A stretch of 44,613 bases of DNA, from the sequence record SRR31156797_7337. The stretch is one strand, 5' to 3'. Below the pieces are notes generated by a model that was given only the letters and a program-made list of their open reading frames with translations, ran no database searches and had not been told where the DNA came from. Below, piece after piece: positions 28,584-39,359 of the stretch; position 1 is the first letter of the stretch; each line of letters opens with the position of its first letter. Position numbers and translations under genes: made by a program.

Positions 28584-29765
28584 ATGCGCGTACTTCTAGG
28601 TTTTATATTGGTTATTACAAGCCTTTTTACTTTTGGTCAGAAAAAAACCTTTAAAGTTGGAGGTTACGAATTAACTACAGTTGTGGATTTGCCTGCAACA
28701 CCAATAAAAGATCAGGATCGTTCCGGGACTTGTTGGAGTTTTAGTGGTTGCTCATTTCTTGAAAGTGAAGTCCTGCGCTTAACAAAACAGGAAGTTGATT
28801 TGGCTGAAATGTGGCTGGTGCGGCATGATTATTATGAACGCGCCATTGATTATGTGCGCTTTCATGGTCAAATTTCTTTCGGTCCAGGGGCAGAATCCAA
28901 CGACGTAATGGATATGCTTAAAATTTACGGAATTGTTCCTGAAAGTGTCTATCCCGGATTAAATTATGGTGAGAAAACACATTCTCATTATGAAATGGAT
29001 AATGTGTTAGAAGCTTTTGTTAATGCTATTATCGAAAATAAAAACAGGAAACTTTCCACAGCATGGAAAAAAGCATTTAGCAATATTCAGGATGCTTATT
29101 TAGGTGAGCTAATTGAAACTTTTCAATGGAATGGCAAAGAATATACGCCTAAAAGCTTTCAGGAAGAATTAAAGATTGTCCCTGAAAATTATGTAGAAAT
29201 CTCATCTTTCAGTCACCACCCGTTTTATACGGAATTTATTATGGAAGTGCCAGATAATTGGGCATTTGGGAAAGTTTTTAATGTAAAGCTTTCTGAGTTT
29301 TTCCAACAAGCTATTTATGCATTAGATAATGGATATACTTTGCTATGGGGATCAGATGTGAGTGAGGAAGGGTTCTCAAATAGAAATGCTATTGCAATTG
29401 TACCTGAAATTGCTACTGAGGTATTAGCCGATTCTGAGAAGGAGAAATGGGAAGCCATGACAGAGGAGGAGCGTTTAGAACGCATGTTTGACTTTTCTGA
29501 GCCTGTTCCTGAGAAAGAAATAACACAAGAACTACGTCAGAAGGCTTTTGATGACTATAGTACGCAAGATGATCATGGAATGCATATCGTAGGTTATGCC
29601 AAGGATAAAAACGGAAAGGTGTTTTTTAAAGTAAAGAATACCTGGGGTGAATCAAATGAAATGGGAGGCTATTTCTGGGCATCTGAAAACTACTTTATGT
29701 ATAAATCATTGAGCATAATGATTCACAAAGATGCTATGATGCCGGAGTTAAAAGAGAAAATGTAA
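28584..29765 (+). CDS. C1-family cysteine aminopeptidase (PepC/bleomycin hydrolase-like)
   Basis: KDQDRSGTCWSFS, DDHGMHIVG, VKNTWG; signal peptide. Confidence 0.92.
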   Translation: MRVLLGFILVITSLFTFGQKKTFKVGGYELTTVVDLPATPIKDQDRSGTCWSFSGCSFLESEVLRLTKQEVDLAEMWLVRHDYYERAIDYVRFHGQISFGPGAESNDVMDMLKIYGIVPESVYPGLNYGEKTHSHYEMDNVLEAFVNAIIENKNRKLSTAWKKAFSNIQDAYLGELIETFQWNGKEYTPKSFQEELKIVPENYVEISSFSHHPFYTEFIMEVPDNWAFGKVFNVKLSEFFQQAIYALDNGYTLLWGSDVSEEGFSNRNAIAIVPEIATEVLADSEKEKWEAMTEEERLERMFDFSEPVPEKEITQELRQKAFDDYSTQDDHGMHIVGYAKDKNGKVFFKVKNTWGESNEMGGYFWASENYFMYKSLSIMIHKDAMMPELKEKM

Positions 29766-29784
29766 TTGTATTTTGCATAAAAAC

Positions 29785-29818
29785 AAAAGTCGGATAACAT
29801 AGGTTTTCCGACTTTTTT
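29785..29818. terminator. Bidirectional intrinsic terminator
   Basis: AAAAGTCGGA...TCCGACTTTTTT between convergent genes. Confidence 0.8.
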
Positions 29819-29833
29819 ATGTTTCTTAATTCA

Positions 29834-30019
29834 TTATGCACCTAATGCCTTAAGTGCTTCGAAAATCAGAAAAGCCGGCCAAACCATAGCTTTTAGGAAT
29901 CCCAATACACCCATCCAGAATGATGTGGCAGCGCCAATATAATATACCGCGGCTCCAATAAATCCCAGACCATAAATAGCACTATTAGGTGCACAATTTC
30001 CATACTTTTTGTTTGTCAT
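29834..30019 (-). CDS. Small hypothetical membrane protein
   Basis: 61 aa, AIYGLGFIGAAVYYI...FWMGVLGFLKAMVWPAFLIF, two TM segments; an element resembling TAnnTTTG lies upstream. Confidence 0.8.
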   Translation of the reverse strand: MTNKKYGNCAPNSAIYGLGFIGAAVYYIGAATSFWMGVLGFLKAMVWPAFLIFEALKALGA

Positions 30020-30104
30020 AATACATGAGTTTTAAGGTTAATTATCCTTCAAAATTAGTGAAGATTAAATATTGTAAAAGGAAATCTTAAAGTTTTAGAA
30101 ATTA

Positions 30105-31130
30105 TTAACAATCATTGAGTTGACTGTATTTTTTTCTACCCTTCACAAAATATTGCCATATTATACTTTTCTTATAAACTTCTTGTGGAAAATCTTCAGG
30201 AATAAGTTTATCTGCTTCATTTCTATGGTCGATATATAATGGCTTCATTTTTTTGTATGCTTTTCGCGCTTTGAATACCTGAGCCATAAACGAGAACTTC
30301 AATTGGGCTGCATACATAGCCGCACTCATCATATCTAACCAAAATCTATTGCGAAGCGTTGAGTTTAACTTGCTTTTTGGAAGGTTTTTGTATAATAGAA
30401 GTAGATTGTTACGAAAATTAAGAAAAAGTTTTCTAGGCGAGTTATTGGGTAAAGTACCGCCACCCACATGGTAAACAGTAGATTGTGGGTAAACCATAAT
30501 TTTCATTCCTTGATTTTTCATTCTCCAACAAAGATCAATCTCTTCCATATGAGCAAAAAAATGATCATCTAAACCTCCAAGTTGGTTGTACAGTTTTCCA
30601 CGCACCATAAGACATGCTCCTGTTGCCCATTGAACACTCACAGGATCATCGTATTGACCTTGATCATCCTCTACTGTACTCAAAATTCGTCCACGACAAA
30701 AAGGATATCCATATTTATCTATAAAACCACCTGAAGCTCCAGCATATTCAAAAGAAGTTTTATTATGATAGGCCAGTATTTTAGGTTGACAAGCTGCTAC
30801 TCCCTGGTCAGTTTCCATTTGTTCATACAATATATCCAGCCATCTTGGCGTAACTTCAATATCTGAGTTAAGCAACACAAAATATTCATGTTTACATTTT
30901 GCCAAAGCTTTATTGTACCCGCCAGTAAATCCGTAGTTTTTATCAAACTTAATGAGTTGAATATTTGGAAAATCTTTCTCCAAAATTGCGATAGAATTAT
31001 CAGTAGAACCATTATCTGCAACAATGACTTCTGCCAGTTCAGTATTGGTGTTTTCAATTACTGAAGGCAAAAACTTTTGTAACATATCGGCACCATTCCA
31101 GTTTAATATTACTACAGCAACTTTTTTCAT
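30105..31130 (-). CDS. Glycosyltransferase family 2
   Basis: VAVVILNWNG, VADNGSTD, LLNSDIE, FFAHMEEIDLCWR, VYHVGGGTL; start at ATG 31130. Confidence 0.92.
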   Translation of the reverse strand: MKKVAVVILNWNGADMLQKFLPSVIENTNTELAEVIVADNGSTDNSIAILEKDFPNIQLIKFDKNYGFTGGYNKALAKCKHEYFVLLNSDIEVTPRWLDILYEQMETDQGVAACQPKILAYHNKTSFEYAGASGGFIDKYGYPFCRGRILSTVEDDQGQYDDPVSVQWATGACLMVRGKLYNQLGGLDDHFFAHMEEIDLCWRMKNQGMKIMVYPQSTVYHVGGGTLPNNSPRKLFLNFRNNLLLLYKNLPKSKLNSTLRNRFWLDMMSAAMYAAQLKFSFMAQVFKARKAYKKMKPLYIDHRNEADKLIPEDFPQEVYKKSIIWQYFVKGRKKYSQLNDC

Positions 31131-31286
31131 GAATAAAGATTTAGAATGCAAAAGCATGTTAACACGCAAAAATAATGGTTTTAGGCAGTATTTTTGAGGA
31201 TTATTTAAAAAAGATGTTTTATCTTAATTGTTTGAATCAAATTTAACTGTTGATTGTTACACATTTTATCGTAGTAGATTGGTTAT

Positions 31287-33497
31287 ATGGAATTTACCAA
31301 AGAAGAAGTAGAAAAGATAAATTTGGCATTTGAGGGGCTTAAAAAGAAAGCTGTCAAATCTCGTAGAAGCGAAGATATTGAGCGCATTGAGCAGGCATTT
31401 TCTTTTGCTTATAAAGCCCATTATCCTGTGCGTAGAAAATCGGGTGAACCTTATATATTTCATCCTATTGCAGTAGCTGAGATTGTGGCCAGTGAAATAC
31501 TTCTGGGTACTACTTCTATTATAACCGCCTTGCTCCACGATGTAGTTGAAGATACTGATTATACCGTTGAAGATATACGTCAGTTTTTTGGCGATAAGGT
31601 AGCTCAGATGGTTGATGGTTTAACCAAAATGTCCGGGGTTTTTGATCATCGTTCTTCACTGCAGGCAGAGAATTTCCGCAAAATGCTGCTTAGTATGTCA
31701 GATGATGTGCGTGTCATTTTGATAAAAATTGCCGATAGATTGCACAATATGCGCACTTTGGAAAGTATGCCGGAGAATAAGCAGCTAAAAATAGCCGGCG
31801 AAACACTTTTCCTTTATGCACCCTTAGCACATCGTTTGGGATTATATCAAATGAAAACTGAATTGGAGGATATTAGTTTCAAATATCGGCATCCGGATGA
31901 TTATGAGCGTATTAGTTCTAAGTTAGAAGCTTCAAATGAAAAGCGTACCAATTTTATCAATAAATTCTCGCTACCAATTGCGGCCAAATTAACTGACATG
32001 AATTATGAGTTTGATATTTCGGGTCGGCCTAAATCAGTTTACAGTATTTGGCAAAAAATGCAGAAAAAGGGAGTCACTTTTGAGCAGATCTATGATTTAT
32101 TTGCCATACGTATCATTTTTGATCCCAATGAAAATAATGGTGATGAGAAAGAGCAATGCTACAAAATATATTCAATGATAACGGACATTTATCGTCCGAG
32201 GCCCGATAGGCTTAGAGACTGGGTGAATTCTCCAAAAGCTAATGGCTATGAAGCGTTGCATAGTACCGTTATGGGACCATATGGGAAATGGGTTGAAGTG
32301 CAAATACGATCTCGTAGAATGAATGAAGTGGCTGAAAGAGGATTTGCTGCACATTGGAAATATAAAGGTCACCATGACCAGGAAAGTGAGCTGGATAGGT
32401 GGCTTGAGAAGATTAGGGAAACCCTTGAATCACCAGATGCTGATGCATTACAGTTTTTAGATGATGTAAAGCTTAATTTGTATACGGCAGAAATAATGGT
32501 ATTTACACCTAAGGGAGATCTGAAAAAACTACCAATGGATTCTACTGCCCTTGATTTTGCTTATGATGTACATACAGAGGTTGGAAACCAGGCATTGTAC
32601 GCTGAAATTAACCACAGAAGCATGCCCTTAACAACCAAATTAAACAGTGGTGATCAGGTAAGAATTATAACCTCAAATAAAGCACAACCTAAAGAAGAAT
32701 GGATGTATCAGGTAGCTACCGCAAAAGCTAAAAGTGCCATTCGGGCCTATTTTAATAAAATCAGGAATACTGTTGTAGAAGAAGGGAAAGGTATTTACCT
32801 TGATTTATTGAAAAAACAAAACATCAAGATCAATGAAAAGCTTTTTCAGCGATTGCGGGATAAATTAGGGGTTAAAAATAAGAATGACTTGTTTTATGGA
32901 TTGGGTAAAGGAAATATTTCTATTACAGATATTCGTAAACTGCTAAAAAGAGGAGGTGCTCCAAGCTGGATGCGTTTCTGGTCATTAAAGAGTGATGCTA
33001 AGGTGACCGGAGAAAGTCAAATAGAATTTGATAAGAAAAAAACATTAAACATATCAGACGAAGATATTCACAAACAGTTCCATATTGCTAACTGCTGTAA
33101 TCCTATACCCGGTGATGCAGTTATTGGCTATCAGGACGATGAAGGAATTGTGCATATTCATAAGTCAACTTGCCCGCAAGCTGTTAAACTTTCCTCTGGA
33201 TTCGGAGATAGAATTGTGAAGGTTAAATGGTCATCCAGAAAAGCCATGGCATTTTTATCTCATATCAGACTCGAAGGATTAGATCAACCAGGCATTGTTC
33301 ATAGCGTAACAGGCATTATTTCTAAAGAGCTTAATGCCAACATTAGAACGATCCATTTTGAGACAAAAGACGGTACTTTTAATGGTTGGATTGAATTATA
33401 TGTGTATGATACTAGTGATCTAAAGCGCTTAATATCAAACCTTAAGGGTATTAAGGGTATGAGTCGTGTATTTAGACAGCACGAAACCGTTAGCTGA
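31287..33497 (+). CDS. relA: Bifunctional (p)ppGpp synthetase/hydrolase (RelA/SpoT family)
   Basis: RKSGEPYIFHP, LLHDVVED, IKIADRLHNMRTL, GRPKS, PKANGYEALH, EVQIRS, TGS (FTPKGD), CCNPIPGD, ACT. Confidence 0.95.
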   Translation: MEFTKEEVEKINLAFEGLKKKAVKSRRSEDIERIEQAFSFAYKAHYPVRRKSGEPYIFHPIAVAEIVASEILLGTTSIITALLHDVVEDTDYTVEDIRQFFGDKVAQMVDGLTKMSGVFDHRSSLQAENFRKMLLSMSDDVRVILIKIADRLHNMRTLESMPENKQLKIAGETLFLYAPLAHRLGLYQMKTELEDISFKYRHPDDYERISSKLEASNEKRTNFINKFSLPIAAKLTDMNYEFDISGRPKSVYSIWQKMQKKGVTFEQIYDLFAIRIIFDPNENNGDEKEQCYKIYSMITDIYRPRPDRLRDWVNSPKANGYEALHSTVMGPYGKWVEVQIRSRRMNEVAERGFAAHWKYKGHHDQESELDRWLEKIRETLESPDADALQFLDDVKLNLYTAEIMVFTPKGDLKKLPMDSTALDFAYDVHTEVGNQALYAEINHRSMPLTTKLNSGDQVRIITSNKAQPKEEWMYQVATAKAKSAIRAYFNKIRNTVVEEGKGIYLDLLKKQNIKINEKLFQRLRDKLGVKNKNDLFYGLGKGNISITDIRKLLKRGGAPSWMRFWSLKSDAKVTGESQIEFDKKKTLNISDEDIHKQFHIANCCNPIPGDAVIGYQDDEGIVHIHKSTCPQAVKLSSGFGDRIVKVKWSSRKAMAFLSHIRLEGLDQPGIVHSVTGIISKELNANIRTIHFETKDGTFNGWIELYVYDTSDLKRLISNLKGIKGMSRVFRQHETVS

Positions 33498-33557
33498 GTA
33501 TTGATTTAATCTAAATAAAATTATATATTTGGACAATTCTTTTTAATTAGTCCAATT

Positions 33558-34007
33558 ATGAATACCAAAGATACTAAAGAAGCCGTTAGGGAGCGATTTA
33601 CACAATATTTAGAAAAAACAGGTCATCGCAAAACCCCTGAACGCTTTGCAATTCTTGATGAAATTTATTCTCACGAAGGCCATTTTGATGTTGAATCCCT
33701 CTATATTTTTATGAAAAATAACAACTACAGGGTTTCAAGAGCTACTTTGTACAATACCATTGAGTTATTATTAGAGTGCAATTTGGTGATCAAGCATCAA
33801 TTTGGTAAAAATATCGCACAATTTGAAAAAGCCTACAATTCAGTGGAACATGACCACTTAATTTGTACAAAATGTGGAAAGGTTGTAGAGTTTTCTGATC
33901 CACGCATAAATGAGATTCAGGACAAGGTAGCACTTGAAAATGATTTTGATGTGAGCTACCATGGATTTTATTTATATGGATTATGTGAAGAATGCAAAAA
34001 CAAATAG
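33558..34007 (+). CDS. fur: Fur family transcriptional repressor
   Basis: [29 protein letters not shown]-terminal CEEC. Confidence 0.9.
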   Translation: MNTKDTKEAVRERFTQYLEKTGHRKTPERFAILDEIYSHEGHFDVESLYIFMKNNNYRVSRATLYNTIELLLECNLVIKHQFGKNIAQFEKAYNSVEHDHLICTKCGKVVEFSDPRINEIQDKVALENDFDVSYHGFYLYGLCEECKNK

Positions 34008-34058
34008 TTTTTTCGCTTGTTGAACGGTATTGTTTAATTTATAAAATAGGAAATAAGT

Positions 34059-34688
34059 ATGTCAATTTTAGTTGGTAAAAAAGCTCCCCAATTCACAGCT
34101 AAAGCTGTTTTGGACGGAAATAACATTGTTGAAGATTTTTCAATGGAGCAATATTTAGGTAAAAAATATGTAGTGTTTTTCTTTTATCCTGCTGATTTTA
34201 CTTTTGTATGCCCTACAGAAATTATCGCTTTTCAAAAGAAAATGGATGAATTTGAAAAACGCAATGTAGCAGTTGTGGGTTGCAGTGTTGATTCTGAATT
34301 TTCACATTGGAAATGGTTACAAACAGAGCAACGTGATGGCGGTATTAAAGGAGTAAAATACCCACTTGTTGCTGATGCAAGTAATTCAATTTCAGAAAAC
34401 TACGGAGTTTTAGCAGGAGAGTATGATTACACTGAAAATGGTGAGATTACTTTTAACGGAGAACCTAAAGCTTACAGAGGTTTATTTTTAATTGATAAAG
34501 AAGGAGTGGTGCGCCACCAGGTTGTAAATGATATGCCTTTGGGACGTAGCGTAGATGAAACATTACGCATGGTTGACGCATTAATTTTCCATGAAGAAAA
34601 TGGCGAAGTTTGTCCTGCCGACTGGCACGAAGGCGAACAAGCGCTAAAACCAACGCAAGAAGGTATTTCAAGCTACTTAGCAAATTAA
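34059..34688 (+). CDS. ahpC: Typical 2-Cys peroxiredoxin (AhpC/TSA)
   Basis: FYPADFTFVCPTE and GEVCPADW. Confidence 0.93.
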   Translation: MSILVGKKAPQFTAKAVLDGNNIVEDFSMEQYLGKKYVVFFFYPADFTFVCPTEIIAFQKKMDEFEKRNVAVVGCSVDSEFSHWKWLQTEQRDGGIKGVKYPLVADASNSISENYGVLAGEYDYTENGEITFNGEPKAYRGLFLIDKEGVVRHQVVNDMPLGRSVDETLRMVDALIFHEENGEVCPADWHEGEQALKPTQEGISSYLAN

Positions 34689-34708
34689 AATACACTGATA
34701 ATAAATGG

Positions 34709-34738
34709 AAGAGGCCTTGTTTTTCAAGGCCTTTTTTT
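34709..34738 (+). terminator. Intrinsic terminator
   Basis: AGGCCTTG-ttttt-CAAGGCCT plus T run. Confidence 0.85.
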
Positions 34739-34805
34739 ATGTATAAAATTATTATGGAAGGCTTAATTATACTGAAAAGCTTTGTTTTATATTTTAGCTG
34801 GCTAT

Positions 34806-35294
34806 TTAACGTATTGACTTTATAATGAAAACTGATCCAATACATAAACTCAGAAACTCCATAATTCCAACTATAAAGTATCCAACCGAACCGGTATGAA
34901 ATGCTATACCTTGAATAGAGCCAATAATAACCAATGGAATTAACCATTTCAACTGCTTTCTCTTAACGATGTCTATGATGATTCCAATATATATGGCTAT
35001 TGATGCAAAATAGTTATGAATAATAAGATATTCGGCGAAATAGGTGCTAAATGTCGCAAGGGTAATAAAGCCTATACCTACAAACCATTTGTTATAAAGA
35101 AGCCAACAACCTGTTATCAGTAAAAAAAAAGTATAGAAATAAACTCTGTTTTTGTCCATTCCCATAACTACAGAATAGGTAGGTTTACTTTGCATGAGTA
35201 AATCAACAAGTCCTGTGATGGTAAATCCAAACAATAATATAGCTATCGCAATTTTATTTATTGAATAATTTTTGAAAAATTCGTTGTTTCTCAT
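34806..35294 (-). CDS. Hypothetical membrane protein
   Basis: About six hydrophobic segments; start probably ATG 35294. Confidence 0.7.
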   Translation of the reverse strand: MRNNEFFKNYSINKIAIAILLFGFTITGLVDLLMQSKPTYSVVMGMDKNRVYFYTFFLLITGCWLLYNKWFVGIGFITLATFSTYFAEYLIIHNYFASIAIYIGIIIDIVKRKQLKWLIPLVIIGSIQGIAFHTGSVGYFIVGIMEFLSLCIGSVFIIKSIR

Positions 35295-35666
35295 AGAAAA
35301 TGTCAATTAAAACTCATTTAATGTCATTAGTTGTAAGTGTAACTATTTTATAGACAATCACTTATTTTTATGCTTCTTCTTTTATCTCAACGTCTCATAC
35401 TATGAAAGTATAACGTGATTATTTATTAAAAAAATCTGTTTTATTTTTAAAATGAATTAAAAATTAGAAACCATCAAAACTAAGAAAAATATCACATGAT
35501 AAACGTTTTTAGACAAGAAACATAAATTGCTAATAATGTTTAAATTCGTTCCTACATATCAATTATCTCAAGATATTTTATAACTTTAATGATAGGAAAT
35601 GGAAAGGATTAGAATATTCTGCATTTCATACATTTTTCTTTTATGTCTCTTTCAAATCGAATAAAT

Positions 35667-38378
35667 ATGAAAATATATTTTGAAATTCAATACCATACAA
35701 AGCCTGGACAAAAGGTGGTGGTTTGCGGTTCTACATCAGTTTTGGGAAATTGGAGTTTATCTAATGCAATTAATATGCAATATGAACATGATGGCAAATG
35801 GTTGGCAGAAATAGATGCAGATTCTAAAATTGATAAATTAGAGTACAAGTATTGTTTGATTGATGAGAGTGGCAGAGAACATTGGGAGTGGGGAAAAAAC
35901 CGGGTTCTTTCTCTAAAGGAAATTAAAACAGAAAATGTTTACTTAATCGAAAGTTGGCGTTCACCTTCAAACGAAGAAAAGGTTTTTTATAGTTCTGCAT
36001 TTGAGAAAAATCTAATGAGTCCTTCGCAACAGCTAAAGGCAAAGAAAACCACTAGCAAGAAAAGACTCAGATTTCAAATTCAGGTACCCAGAATCGGCGT
36101 AGACCATCAGCTTTGTATAATCGGAAGTATACCTCAGTTAGGCACATGGGATACTAAAAATCCATTACTTCTAAATTGCGGTGATAACTTTCCGCTTTGG
36201 TCGGTAGAAATTAATGCTTCCACCATTAAAGCGCCTATTTATTACAAATATGGTATTTACGACATCAAGAAAAAAGAATTGGTTACCATAGAAGAAGGAG
36301 CGGACCGTTACTTTGAAATTCCAAAACTAAAAGAAGATGAGTTTCTTTTGACAAAATCAGATGAAAGCTTTCGTTATCCTGTTGGTAATTGGAAAGCAGC
36401 AGGTGTGGCGGTACCTGTATTCTCACTTAGGACCGATAAGGGGTTTGGAGTTGGGGAATTCCCTGATTTAATCGATTTTATTGATTGGTCTAAAAGTGTG
36501 GGCATGAAAATGTTGCAAATTCTTCCCATCAATGAAACGGTCGCATCGCACAACTGGCTTGATTCTTACCCGTATAAATCCATTTCTGTTCTGGCCTTGC
36601 ATCCGCTGTATTTAAATATCCAGAAAATGGGGCTTTTAAAGGATAAAAAACAAATGAAGTTTTTTGAGGAAAAGCAAAAAGAGTATAACGAAAAAAATCA
36701 TGTGCATTACCCTGAAGTTCATCAACTTAAGTCGAAATACTACAAGCTGCTTTTTGACCAGGATAAGGAAAAAGTTTTCAAACAAAAAGACTATATCGCG
36801 TTTTATGAAGCCAATGAATATTGGTTGAAACCATATGCTGCTTTTGCTTATTTGAGAGATAAATATAAAACAGCCGATTTTAGACAATGGGAAAAGTTCA
36901 GTAAGTATGATCCTAAAATGATTGATTCTCTGATAAAATCCCGTGCTAAAAATGACATTGTTATTCATTATTTCATACAGTATCATCTTGATAAACAATT
37001 AAAAGAAGTAAGTCAGTATGCACGTGAACAAGGTATTGTGCTAAAAGGAGATATTCCAATTGGAATTAGTCCCAATAGTGTGGAAGCCTGGACCGAACCG
37101 CATTTATTCAACTTAAATGCACAGGCAGGAGCCCCTCCTGATGATTTTGCAGTGAAAGGACAAAACTGGGGATTTCCAACCTATAATTGGGATAAAATGG
37201 CCGAAGAAGGCTATGCATGGTGGAAAGGTCGTTTAACCAAAATGGCCGAGTATTTCGATGCCTACCGCATTGATCATATTTTAGGTTTCTTTAGAATCTG
37301 GCAAATTCCACTTGATGCTGTGGAAGCCTTATTGGGTTATTTCAATCCGGCCATTTCACTTACAGCAGATGAAATTGAAGGTTATGGTATTCAATTCGAT
37401 TACGAAAGAATGGTTAAACCCCATATTCCATATCATTTGGTTGAAAATAAATTTGGAAAATGGACGCAGGAGGTTATTGATAATTATTTGGATGACAATG
37501 GCTGGGGCCATTTTAAAATGAAGGAAGATTTCGATACGCAGCTTAAAGTAAACCAGTACTTTTTGAATGGAATAGAAGAGGAGGAGCTTACCGATGAAAA
37601 TAGATGGATAAGAGATGGCTTATTCGATTTAATTGCCAATGTAATATTTGTTCAGGCAGGTGAAAACGAATGGCACCCAAGAATATCAATGCACCAAACC
37701 AATTCCTATAATGAATTTGATGAGCACACCAAAAATCAATTGAATGAAATATATGTCGATTATTTCTACAAACGTCAGGATGATTATTGGCGTCAGAAAG
37801 GAATGGAAAAACTGCCAGCAATTGTGGATGCCAGCGATATGTTAATATGTGGAGAAGATTTAGGAATGGTTCCCGATTGCGTACCGCCAGTAATGGACGC
37901 GCTAAATATCCTAAGTTTGGAAATTCAAAGAATGTCTAAAAATCCGAAAAAGAAATATGCACATCCGGCAGATGCACCATATCTTTCTGTCTGTACGACT
38001 TCTACCCACGATATGCCAACTATCAGAGGATGGTGGGAAGAGGACAGAGAAGCCATTCAAGAGTTTTACAATGTTGAATTAGGAAATCATGGTGCTGCAC
38101 CGTTCTTTGCAGAACCAGACGTCTGTAAGCAAATGATTGTTCAGCATTTACATTCACCTGCCATGTGGACTACTTTCCCCATACAGGATCTCATTTCAAT
38201 GGATGGTAATCTGCGATGGGAGAATACGCATGGAGAACAAATAAACCAACCTAGTAATGTACGTCATAAATGGCGTTTCAGAATGCATCAAAGCATCGAT
38301 GATTTGAAAAATGCTAAAGCCTTTAACGAGCTACTTCGAACTTTGATCAAAGAAGCTGGCAGGGATTCGGATTATTAA
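35667..38378 (+). CDS. malQ: 4-alpha-glucanotransferase (GH77) with two N-terminal CBM20 domains
   Basis: Two G-S-x3-LG-x-W CBM20 starts; LKGDIPIG, GAPPDDF, YRIDHILGFFRIW, CGEDLG, TSTHD. Start is 35667 or 35643. Confidence 0.93.
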   Translation: MKIYFEIQYHTKPGQKVVVCGSTSVLGNWSLSNAINMQYEHDGKWLAEIDADSKIDKLEYKYCLIDESGREHWEWGKNRVLSLKEIKTENVYLIESWRSPSNEEKVFYSSAFEKNLMSPSQQLKAKKTTSKKRLRFQIQVPRIGVDHQLCIIGSIPQLGTWDTKNPLLLNCGDNFPLWSVEINASTIKAPIYYKYGIYDIKKKELVTIEEGADRYFEIPKLKEDEFLLTKSDESFRYPVGNWKAAGVAVPVFSLRTDKGFGVGEFPDLIDFIDWSKSVGMKMLQILPINETVASHNWLDSYPYKSISVLALHPLYLNIQKMGLLKDKKQMKFFEEKQKEYNEKNHVHYPEVHQLKSKYYKLLFDQDKEKVFKQKDYIAFYEANEYWLKPYAAFAYLRDKYKTADFRQWEKFSKYDPKMIDSLIKSRAKNDIVIHYFIQYHLDKQLKEVSQYAREQGIVLKGDIPIGISPNSVEAWTEPHLFNLNAQAGAPPDDFAVKGQNWGFPTYNWDKMAEEGYAWWKGRLTKMAEYFDAYRIDHILGFFRIWQIPLDAVEALLGYFNPAISLTADEIEGYGIQFDYERMVKPHIPYHLVENKFGKWTQEVIDNYLDDNGWGHFKMKEDFDTQLKVNQYFLNGIEEEELTDENRWIRDGLFDLIANVIFVQAGENEWHPRISMHQTNSYNEFDEHTKNQLNEIYVDYFYKRQDDYWRQKGMEKLPAIVDASDMLICGEDLGMVPDCVPPVMDALNILSLEIQRMSKNPKKKYAHPADAPYLSVCTTSTHDMPTIRGWWEEDREAIQEFYNVELGNHGAAPFFAEPDVCKQMIVQHLHSPAMWTTFPIQDLISMDGNLRWENTHGEQINQPSNVRHKWRFRMHQSIDDLKNAKAFNELLRTLIKEAGRDSDY

Positions 38379-38642
38379 GGTGTGGTAAATCTAGTTTAGG
38401 AGTCTAATGGTATTTATCTGATATTAAGCTGGTTATGCCATGGGATGTTGATGAATTGGAAAAGTGTCTTATTACTAAAAAAGGTTTGCTTTTTAAGGCC
38501 TTTCAATCGAACCGATTTTAGTTGGAGAGATCATGAATCACTGTTAGGTGATGAGTAATCTTCACTGGGCCAAATTTACGATTTACATTTCAAAAACAAT
38601 TCGTTAACCTTTAGCTCTCAGGTATTTGTTTTAGTTTTCTTT

Positions 38643-39329
38643 TTAGATATGAAATCTAAAACCCAACAAAAAATCCCATCCACTACCATTAAGGTTGTCC
38701 ATAATATCAATCAACTCTTGATTTAAACTTCCTATATTGATATTATGACCATCTGAAGTCAATTCTTTTAATCTATAATTATGGTAGAAGAATGATGAAG
38801 AAATGGTGAACGAAAACCATTTCTTCAAATAAACTTCATACCCGAAAAATGCGGATGGACCAACCGAGCTTTTATAAATCAATATATTATGCGCTGCACC
38901 TTCTATCTGAGATGCATCAAGATCCACTTCATTTTTTAAAGAGAATCTTAACCCTCCTCCAAGATTAATATGACTCTTTTTATTGAAACTAAATTTATAG
39001 GTTACAATCGGATTTAAAACGGTTTTAGAAAATTCACCAGAAGCATTATTCAATTCTGGAACCAATCTTGATTTTACGCTAGATAAGCTAAAGAAAACTT
39101 CAATATTATTATCAAATCGGTATCCTAACCTACCTCCCCAAATTCTACCACCTCCAATAGATAAATCAACATCATCCCCGTCTTCAGTAACAATTCCTGT
39201 TTCAAAACTTTTTCCTAAACCTCCACCTCCATATATTTCTATTGAAAATGGATTTGAAATTACTTGAGATTTTAGTTCAATTCCTGAACAAAAAAGTATT
39301 ATTAATATAGCAAGTGTTATAGTTCTCAT
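38643..39329 (-). CDS. Outer-membrane beta-barrel-like exported protein (putative cassette 2 gene)
   Basis: Signal peptide, Gly/aromatic amphipathic strands, terminal strand GWDFLLGFRFHI; ATG lies 38 bp after the attC-like GTT crossover. Confidence 0.75.
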   Translation of the reverse strand: MRTITLAILIILFCSGIELKSQVISNPFSIEIYGGGGLGKSFETGIVTEDGDDVDLSIGGGRIWGGRLGYRFDNNIEVFFSLSSVKSRLVPELNNASGEFSKTVLNPIVTYKFSFNKKSHINLGGGLRFSLKNEVDLDASQIEGAAHNILIYKSSVGPSAFFGYEVYLKKWFSFTISSSFFYHNYRLKELTSDGHNINIGSLNQELIDIMDNLNGSGWDFLLGFRFHI

Positions 39330-39359
39330 TTTGATGTTTAATTTTTTCTATCAATTAAT

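Noticed and set aside
33558-34688. fur as PerR controlling ahpC
   Set aside because: Based on adjacency only; the protein looks like the usual relA-linked Bacteroidota Fur and no operator was recognised.
34741-35420. Orphan membrane gene as a further cassette (GCCAGCTAAA after the stop; GTTA motifs upstream)
   Set aside because: No AAC end, no hairpin and no complementary upstream core were found.
35501-35508. AAACGTTT LacI-like core upstream of malQ
   Set aside because: Only 8 bp in very AT-rich DNA and the flanks are not symmetric.
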